Assembly: GCA_021809755.1 (NCBI GenBank)
Contig: JAJZJZ010000001.1
Location: forward strand, 24,204-88,203
Direction of reading: 5' to 3'
Source: Thermoplasmata archaeon
GTDB taxonomy: Archaea; Thermoplasmatota; Thermoplasmata; Thermoplasmatales; Thermoplasmataceae
Length of the DNA stretch: 64,000 bases
Shown here: in pieces, positions 57,702-64,000 of the stretch
Layout: each line of letters starts with the position of its first letter
Position numbering within the stretch: the first letter of the stretch is position 1
Notes under the pieces: model-generated
The model's database searches: none
The model's input: only the letters and a program-made list of their open reading frames with translations
Told to the model about the DNA's origin: nothing
Made by a program: the position numbers and the translations under genes

Positions 57702-59461
57702 GTAATGGGGGAACTTCAACAAACTTCTGGCTCAATTTCTTTGTGAGCAACAGGCTTTTTTCCGGGACGATTATCATATTGATTTATCTAATCGTAATTT
57801 CAATATTTGGATTTATAATCGCTGATCACATAAAGAAAATTTATCTGGGTCAACGAACTATTATGACCGGTTTTTCTGAAAAGGCCATATATTTCATAGA
57901 AAAAATAAGTGGTGTAGATGAGAATGAATCACACACTTTCAAGGGATATTTTTTTAGTCTTCTCTTTTTTAATTTGATGGCAGGCGTCTTTACCCTTTTA
58001 TTTTTATTAATTCAAACCAATTATTTCCCGTTGCCAGGACAGAAAGGTTTTTCATTTACTCTTGCAATAAATACAATAAGCAGTTTTCTTACCAATACAA
58101 ATCTTCAGAATTACTCGTCGCCTCAGCGCTTGTCATATTATGAACTTACAATTGTAATTATTGGATTAATGTTTTTGTCTGCTGGAACAGGTTTCGCCGC
58201 ATCAATGGCGTTTATTAGGGGAATAATTAAAGACGATGGAAAGCTGGGAAATTTTTTCCATGATTTCCTGGTTGCAATTTTTGAGTTGATTTTGCCTCTA
58301 TCTCTCTTAGCTACCGTGATTTTCCTCTTCATTGGAATCCCAGAAAGCACTTCTTCTTTTCTCTACATTCATCCGTTCTTCTCCAAATCAGTTATTGGAA
58401 TTCCCATTGGACCGGTGGCTTCTCTGGAAGGGATTAAAAATATAGGAACTAATGGTGGTGGTTTTTATGGAGCAAATGCGGGATATCCCTTTGAAAATCC
58501 CAATTGGATTTCGAATATAGTTGAAGTCGTTTCTTTCACCATAATACCAATGGGTTCAATATTTGCCCTTGGCAGAGTTCTGGAAAGCAGAAATTTTGGA
58601 AGGATGGTTTTTGGTGTTATCATGTCATTATTTATGCTCAGTGCATTTTTTACATTCTTTGGAGAATATGCAGGTTTACCTACGATGAGTAACCTTGGGC
58701 TTTTCTATACGGGTAATTTCCTAGGAAAGGAAACAGCCTTAGGAATCTCACAAACATCTATATTTGCTTCAGGAGCAACCATGACATCAACCGGAGCAGC
58801 TAATTCTGCACTAAACGCTTTTACTCCAGCTGGTATTTTGGGGGTTCTATTTCCAATGCTGCTCAATGATCCACTTGGAGGAGTAGGTACTGGTATTTTA
58901 AACATATTTACCTATGTTATTTTCACGATTTTTTTAGTAGCCTTAATGGTGGGAAAACTCCCGGAACTTTTTAGTCTGAAGATAAGCTCAAAAGAGATAA
59001 AATATTCCACATATTCTCTTATTACGCATCCATTGCTCATAGTAGTTCCCCTAGGAATTACTTTGCTTATTCCTGCATTAATGTCAAGCTTTGTAAGTCC
59101 TAGGCCCGATCAGATAACAGAATTGCTTTATGAGTTTTCATCTGCTGCGGCAAATAATGGTTCTGCCATGGGTGGATTTCAGGAAAATCAGGCATTTTTC
59201 AATATTCTGGAAGCAGGTATAATGCTCACAGGTCGGTTTCTCGTGATGGGTTTCCAACTCATGATCGCTCAGTCTTTTGCCTTCAAGAAGCCAAAGGTTA
59301 CTTACGGTAGATCAGTAAACGTAGGTTCATTCTGGTTCGGTTTCATGCTCTTTTTCACAATGATACTTCTTGGTCTATTATCATTTTTCCCTGTACTTGC
59401 ACTTGGTCCTCTACTTTCCTGGGGAAAGGACTTTAATCTTCTAATAGGGGTGTTGCGTTGA
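57698..59461 (+). CDS. kdpA: potassium-transporting ATPase subunit KdpA
   Basis: IGTNGGGFYGANAGYPFENP selectivity-filter region. Polytopic, 587 aa. Confidence 0.9.
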   Translation: MSNGGTSTNFWLNFFVSNRLFSGTIIILIYLIVISIFGFIIADHIKKIYLGQRTIMTGFSEKAIYFIEKISGVDENESHTFKGYFFSLLFFNLMAGVFTLLFLLIQTNYFPLPGQKGFSFTLAINTISSFLTNTNLQNYSSPQRLSYYELTIVIIGLMFLSAGTGFAASMAFIRGIIKDDGKLGNFFHDFLVAIFELILPLSLLATVIFLFIGIPESTSSFLYIHPFFSKSVIGIPIGPVASLEGIKNIGTNGGGFYGANAGYPFENPNWISNIVEVVSFTIIPMGSIFALGRVLESRNFGRMVFGVIMSLFMLSAFFTFFGEYAGLPTMSNLGLFYTGNFLGKETALGISQTSIFASGATMTSTGAANSALNAFTPAGILGVLFPMLLNDPLGGVGTGILNIFTYVIFTIFLVALMVGKLPELFSLKISSKEIKYSTYSLITHPLLIVVPLGITLLIPALMSSFVSPRPDQITELLYEFSSAAANNGSAMGGFQENQAFFNILEAGIMLTGRFLVMGFQLMIAQSFAFKKPKVTYGRSVNVGSFWFGFMLFFTMILLGLLSFFPVLALGPLLSWGKDFNLLIGVLR

Positions 59462-61449
59462 AGGTCAATTCAGAACCCATAATCAAAGCCCTGAAAAATT
59501 TTAGACCGGACAGGCTCATTCGTAACCCTGTCATGTTTGTAACAGAGATAGCTCTTTTAGTGGCAATATATTTATTAATATTCAGGGGACAATATGAACT
59601 TCCAGTTTCTTCCACATACATATATTTCTATGCATCTGTCATAATACTCTTATTTCTCACAGTTTTCTTTTCAAACATTGCTGAATCCATGTCGGAGGGG
59701 AAAAGCAAAGCAATTACAGATAGTCTGAAGAAAATCAGGCAAAAAACCACAGCACATGTCGTAGAAGGCTCAGCTATAAGGGATGTACCTTCCGAGGAGT
59801 TAAGAACAGGAATGCTTGTTGTGGTCAATAAAAACGAATTCGTGCCTAATGATGGTGAAATAGTTGAGGGGTCAGGTTATTTTAACGAAGCTTCGATCAC
59901 CGGAGAATCCAAACCAATGATGAAAGTAGTTGGGGACAGTGTTACCGGCTCAACCATATTAACCACAGATTCAGTGAAAATAAGAATTACAGCAGACCCA
60001 GGGGAAACATTTCTAGATAAGATGATCGCCCTTGTCGGTAATTCAGTGCGTGAAAAAACTCCAAACGAAATCGCGCTGAATGTAATGCTCTCCGGACTTA
60101 CACTCATATTCCTCATAATTACAGCTTCCATTTTCTCACTTGCCTATTTCCTAGGAATAAACATTAATCTATTCGTGCTTATTGTGCTTTTAATTTGCTT
60201 GATTCCCACCACTATTGGTGCACTTCTTCCAGCGCTAGGAATCGCGGCAATAAATAAGGTCTCTCAATTTAACATAATTGCCAAAAGCGGTAGGGCGGTT
60301 GAAAATGCCGGTGATATAGATACAATAATTCTTGATAAAACCGGAACTATAACAATAGGGGATAGACAAGCTATTAATTTCTATCCCCTTCCAGGTATTG
60401 ATAAGAGTGACTTTCTCAGATATTGTTATCTTTCTTCAGCTGATGACGTAACAAAGGAGGGAATTTCCATTGTGAAATTATGTCAATCTTCTGGATTAGA
60501 TACTGGGAAGATAGGCGGTATTTCTGGAGAATTTATTCCTTTTACATCAGATACAAAATACAGTGGAATAAAAATTGGTGACGAGGTTATTTTGAAAGGA
60601 GCAATGAAATCCATTTCTGAGAAAATCGGCCGCCAAGATAATTTCATAGAAGGGATTAGTGCTGAAATATCTAGCAAGGGCGGAACCGCCATGACATTGT
60701 GCAAGAACGACCAGTTTCTTGGAGTTATTGAGTTAAACGATGTAATTAAACCATGGATAAGAGAAAGAATAGAAACTATGAAAAATATGAACATTAAAAC
60801 AATTATGTGCACTGGCGATAATGAAATCACCGCTCAATACATAGCTAGAGAAAGTGGAATAGATGAGTTCGTTGCCAATGTAAAACCAGAGGACAAATTC
60901 AAGGAAGTCGAGAAGGAAAAAGACAAACAGAGAATGGTTGCAATGGTAGGGGATGGTACCAATGATGCACCTGCACTGGCAAGAGCTGATGTTGGTCTTG
61001 CTATGAACAGCGGAACTCAGGCTGCCAAAGACGCGGCTAACATGATAGATCTGGACAATGATCCTGCAAAACTAATGGATGTAATATTTCTAGGGAAGCA
61101 GATTCTCATAACGAGGGGGTCATTGACAACTTTTTCGCTTGCAAATGATGTTGCAAAATACTTTGTCATAATACCTGCAATGTTTTACCTTATCCCGCAG
61201 CTTGGATTTGTGAATATTATGGGATTTACCGATCCACTTCTTGCCATAACTTCTGCACTTATTTTCAATACCTTCATAATACCAGCTCTCATTCCCATGG
61301 CGCTCAAGGGGGTTAAGTTTAAAGCGTCTGGGGCCGATGAATTACTAAAAAGAAACATAATATTATATGGCGCTGGTGGTATAATATTTCCGTTTATTTG
61401 TATCGGAATCATCTATTTTCTTTTGGCTGGAGTTGGTGTAACATGGTAA
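59458..61449 (+). CDS. kdpB: potassium-transporting P-type ATPase subunit KdpB
   Basis: Phosphorylation site ILDKTGTIT, MCTGDN, MVGDGTNDAPALA. The TTG start overlaps the kdpA stop (TTGA). Confidence 0.9.
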   Translation: MKVNSEPIIKALKNFRPDRLIRNPVMFVTEIALLVAIYLLIFRGQYELPVSSTYIYFYASVIILLFLTVFFSNIAESMSEGKSKAITDSLKKIRQKTTAHVVEGSAIRDVPSEELRTGMLVVVNKNEFVPNDGEIVEGSGYFNEASITGESKPMMKVVGDSVTGSTILTTDSVKIRITADPGETFLDKMIALVGNSVREKTPNEIALNVMLSGLTLIFLIITASIFSLAYFLGININLFVLIVLLICLIPTTIGALLPALGIAAINKVSQFNIIAKSGRAVENAGDIDTIILDKTGTITIGDRQAINFYPLPGIDKSDFLRYCYLSSADDVTKEGISIVKLCQSSGLDTGKIGGISGEFIPFTSDTKYSGIKIGDEVILKGAMKSISEKIGRQDNFIEGISAEISSKGGTAMTLCKNDQFLGVIELNDVIKPWIRERIETMKNMNIKTIMCTGDNEITAQYIARESGIDEFVANVKPEDKFKEVEKEKDKQRMVAMVGDGTNDAPALARADVGLAMNSGTQAAKDAANMIDLDNDPAKLMDVIFLGKQILITRGSLTTFSLANDVAKYFVIIPAMFYLIPQLGFVNIMGFTDPLLAITSALIFNTFIIPALIPMALKGVKFKASGADELLKRNIILYGAGGIIFPFICIGIIYFLLAGVGVTW

Positions 61450-62093
61450 AGTTAAATCCATTTCTGAAAATCATGAGAAGTTCTGCCATAATGGCAGTTG
61501 TTATGATTCTTCTTCTGGGGTTTGTAATTCCTTCAATAACGGCGGAAATAGCCGAACATATAGATCCTGGTAGCACAATGGGCTCACCCGTGGAAATAAA
61601 TGGAACCATATATGGAAGTTATCTATTGGCTGAAGCTTTTAACAATAGTTCCCTATTCTTTCAGGCTAGACCATCAGTGATATCTTATAATTTGACAGAA
61701 TCCGGATCATGCACTGGTTCCGGGGATTCACTACAATCTCTTAATTTTACGTTGAATGCTTTGAAGGAATTTGAAAGTAAAAATCCTGGGGTGAACCTGT
61801 CATCAATTCCATTTGCCATGATAGCTTATTCGGCTTCAGGACTAGATCCAAATATACCCATAGAAGGGGCATATATTCAGATACCAAGGATTGCTTCAAA
61901 TCTTTCAATACTATTCAATGGAACAATCCCGGTAAGTGTCCTTGAATCTGATCTGATGCAATATGTAAATTCAAGCGAACAACAGAATTTCCCAATTTTT
62001 GGAAGCTATTATACGAACACAATGGTGCTGAATGTCGATATCATAAATCTAATGATTAAAAACAAAGTGGTACCTAAATCACTTCTTGATTAA
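61443..62093 (+). CDS. kdpC: potassium-transporting ATPase subunit KdpC
   Basis: N-terminal TM plus SASGLDPNIPIEGAYIQIPRIA (the KdpC S-x-SGLDP motif). ATG 61443 overlaps the kdpB stop (ATGGTAA). The 61398 start is rejected. Confidence 0.85.
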   Translation: MVKLNPFLKIMRSSAIMAVVMILLLGFVIPSITAEIAEHIDPGSTMGSPVEINGTIYGSYLLAEAFNNSSLFFQARPSVISYNLTESGSCTGSGDSLQSLNFTLNALKEFESKNPGVNLSSIPFAMIAYSASGLDPNIPIEGAYIQIPRIASNLSILFNGTIPVSVLESDLMQYVNSSEQQNFPIFGSYYTNTMVLNVDIINLMIKNKVVPKSLLD

Positions 62094-62906
62094 GATTGTA
62101 TCTGTCCACATCTCCTTGATAAGGTCTTTTATGAGACCATTAATTCTTATATTTCCTGATGTACCTGGGCGAACCCCAAAAACAATTAGATCTGCACCAG
62201 TGGAATATGCTCTTCCCAAAATAATCTCCTTCATATTATTCCCTTCACTTTTAGAAAATTCAACATTGGGGTATTCCCTCTTAATTTCTTCCATTGAGTC
62301 AAAGAGATTTTTAAATCCATGGGTCTCCTTCTTGTCAAATTTTCTAAGGTCAAGAATATTTACCTTGGCGCCAAATACTTTTGAAATCATTAAGGCAATA
62401 TATATTGATCTCCTAACATTCAGAGATTCAGTAAAAGGTACGAGAAGTCTTTCATATGTATTTTTTTTCATTCTTGAGGTTATTGCTATGACGGTGGTCC
62501 GTGAATTTTTTATGATATAGTCCCCAATTCCCCCCAATAAAGATGCTGACAGGGCTGCCCTTGGACCGCTGCTGAAAATGACCATATCATAATTCTTTGA
62601 GTTGATTTCTGATACTATACCTTGTTTGATATTTTTCGCACTTTGAACTTTTGGTACCAATCTTATATTTCTCTCTTTTGCCTCCTTGTATGCATTCAGA
62701 ACTATGGCTACCTTATCACTCCAAACTATCTCTCTAGCTTCATCTTTAATGGTAAGTGCTGTAATTTCTGATTTGTAGTTTGATGCCAGGCCCAAGGCTA
62801 AATCAAAGGCTTTCTTTGAGCGCTCCCCCTTTGCCATTGGCACAAGTAATTTCTCAGGTTTCACAGTGTACGCCTTCAGGCTAGATAGCAATGAATAGAT
62901 ATTCAC
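62079..62906 (-). CDS. tandem universal stress protein (USP) domain protein
   Basis: Two USP-like halves, each ending in a G-x2-G-x9-G(S/T)-type stretch (MVIFSSGPRAALSASLLGGIGDYII; LIVFGVRPGTSGNIRINGLIKDLI). The 3' end overlaps kdpC by 15 nt. Confidence 0.55.
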   Translation of the reverse strand: MNIYSLLSSLKAYTVKPEKLLVPMAKGERSKKAFDLALGLASNYKSEITALTIKDEAREIVWSDKVAIVLNAYKEAKERNIRLVPKVQSAKNIKQGIVSEINSKNYDMVIFSSGPRAALSASLLGGIGDYIIKNSRTTVIAITSRMKKNTYERLLVPFTESLNVRRSIYIALMISKVFGAKVNILDLRKFDKKETHGFKNLFDSMEEIKREYPNVEFSKSEGNNMKEIILGRAYSTGADLIVFGVRPGTSGNIRINGLIKDLIKEMWTDTILIKK

Positions 62907-63089
62907 AGAATGTTTAATAAATTTTTGCTAACGCTCTTATTTCTATCATCATAGGAAAGACTTCAAAATGACTTTAAAAAAACCATTTTGTATAGAAGAT
63001 CTTCGTAACCACACTTCGTAGTGTCGTGATAATTTATACCACGGCATAAAAAACCCAATAATTTAACATCAGGTAATTTATATAGGTCA

Positions 63090-63575
63090 ATGAAGTGTCT
63101 TACCATTTCGCATTCAAAAATTCTCGGCAACATAGATGGAGTAGATGATCTATCAAGGTTACCAGATGAGGAATTTTTTGTCATAGATATGGATGCCCTA
63201 CTTCGTTCCAAATACAATTTCAATATATATTCTACCATATCAAAATACGTTGAATTTGACTTGATGGCTTATCCATTTAGGGAGAACGATCTTGTTGATA
63301 TGATCATTTCTGGAGCCAGCAGAGTTGTAATAAACCATACTATTTCAGAAGAAAAATTGAAGGATTTTATGGAAGTTTCAGATCAGCTAATCATGCATTA
63401 TGCCTCGCAATTTGAAGCAAGAGCTTTTATGAAAAAAGGGGGAAAGTATCTTATGGGCTGTTCTCAGGTAGAGGTCCCCAAGGGAATCACCGTATTTTAT
63501 TATGGAATGCCGGGCCAAGGAGAACAATATATTCAACTTGAGGATTTTCCTGAAGAATTGAGGTATGATTGTTGA
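63090..63575 (+). CDS. hypothetical protein, weak HisA/HisF-like half-barrel resemblance
   Basis: 161-aa ORF. FVIDMDALL...DLVDMIISGASRVVINHT loosely recalls HisA (vvDLDGA...ll..GA.rViigT) but lacks GGGIR. There is no other support. Confidence 0.3.
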   Translation: MKCLTISHSKILGNIDGVDDLSRLPDEEFFVIDMDALLRSKYNFNIYSTISKYVEFDLMAYPFRENDLVDMIISGASRVVINHTISEEKLKDFMEVSDQLIMHYASQFEARAFMKKGGKYLMGCSQVEVPKGITVFYYGMPGQGEQYIQLEDFPEELRYDC

Positions 63576-63770
63576 TCTCTTATATATGAAGGTTTATCAA
63601 TTTAATTATATTTCAGTTCTCAATCTTTTTGACGCTTAAGTGTTGATGCCAAACGGCACATTTAATAGCTATTTTGTATAATTTTTCCCCACTCATAATA
63701 AAAAACCTCGATCGTTTTTGGTAATAATATATGAGGAATATTTACATAATAATTCAAAATCAGCAAGAGC

Positions 63771-64000
63771 ATGAGTATTTCTGACATTTCAACATCAATA
63801 GGAAATATAAATCTGTCCAATCCATTCATTCTTGCCTCTGGAATTTTAGACGAAAATGGATATACAATGAAAAGAATTTTATCTGAAGGGGCTTCAGCAG
63901 CGGTTACCAAATCTATAGGCATGGAAGAAAGGAATGGATACAAACCACCAATCGTTGCCATAGACGATCCAATTTTTATCAATGCCGTAGGGCTTCCCAA
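63771..64000 (+). CDS. pyrD: dihydroorotate dehydrogenase, N-terminal fragment (3' end outside window; not in supplied ORF track)
   Basis: ATG 63771 is open to the window end. MSISDISTSIGNINLSNPFILASGILDENG...AVTKSIG...PPIVAIDDPIFINAVGLP matches the class 1 PyrD N-terminus (L.NP...ASG; iNa.GL.N). Confidence 0.75.
   Translation, partial: MSISDISTSIGNINLSNPFILASGILDENGYTMKRILSEGASAAVTKSIGMEERNGYKPPIVAIDDPIFINAVGLP

Noticed and set aside
63662-64000. 112-aa minus-strand ORF at the window end
   Set aside because: The plus strand over the same bases encodes a clear PyrD N-terminus (LSNPFILASG...INAVGLP) starting at ATG 63771. The minus-strand ORF is its antisense shadow.
1-64000. Scan for CRISPR arrays, IS/transposase or integrase genes, tandem DNA repeats, rRNA genes and known defence or toxin-antitoxin modules
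   Set aside because: By eye I found no regularly spaced direct repeats, no transposase, integrase or Cas-like ORFs, and no rRNA-like GC-rich segments. The only RNA gene found is the tRNA-Met. A computational repeat/CRISPR scan and Rfam search should confirm this.

Overview
AT-rich (mid-30s %GC by eye), gene-dense archaeal chromosome, about 60 genes, read from motifs only (no BLAST/HMM run). The gene content points to a Thermoplasmatales-like euryarchaeon: a Ta0583-type actin homologue, a euryarchaeal arlB-C-D/E-F-G-H-I-J archaellum operon, archaeal translation factors and L7Ae/S28e/L24e ribosomal proteins. Most genes are core housekeeping. They include argF (partial), pheT, leuS, rps15-recJ/GAN, the L7Ae-S28e-L24e-ndk-aIF5B and aIF1A-Rio1-KH clusters, initiator tRNA-Met, hemL-hemC-hemD, truA, trm5, pdaD, speH, GTP-PEPCK, lipB, P5C dehydrogenase, kdpFABC and pyrD (partial). 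I found no CRISPR array, transposase/IS element, integrase or recognisable defence or toxin-antitoxin system. Items worth a second look, in rough order: (1) a 2113-aa AglB oligosaccharyltransferase fused to a very long, sequon-dense, C-terminally anchored ectodomain, translationally coupled to a second anchored glycoprotein. (2) An actin-fold ATPase tightly coupled to a coiled-coil protein, with repeats upstream, in a ParMRC-like layout. (3) A 1232-aa TPR-like protein overlapping an M50 intramembrane protease just downstream of the archaellum operon. (4) A Tes-like (tetraether synthase-type) radical SAM gene isolated by unusually long spacers. (5) An unlisted 32-codon kdpF, and a kdp operon with a USP gene instead of kdpDE. 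(6) Several small palindromes and repeats in regulator-adjacent promoters. All functional calls are motif-based and need homology searches to confirm.
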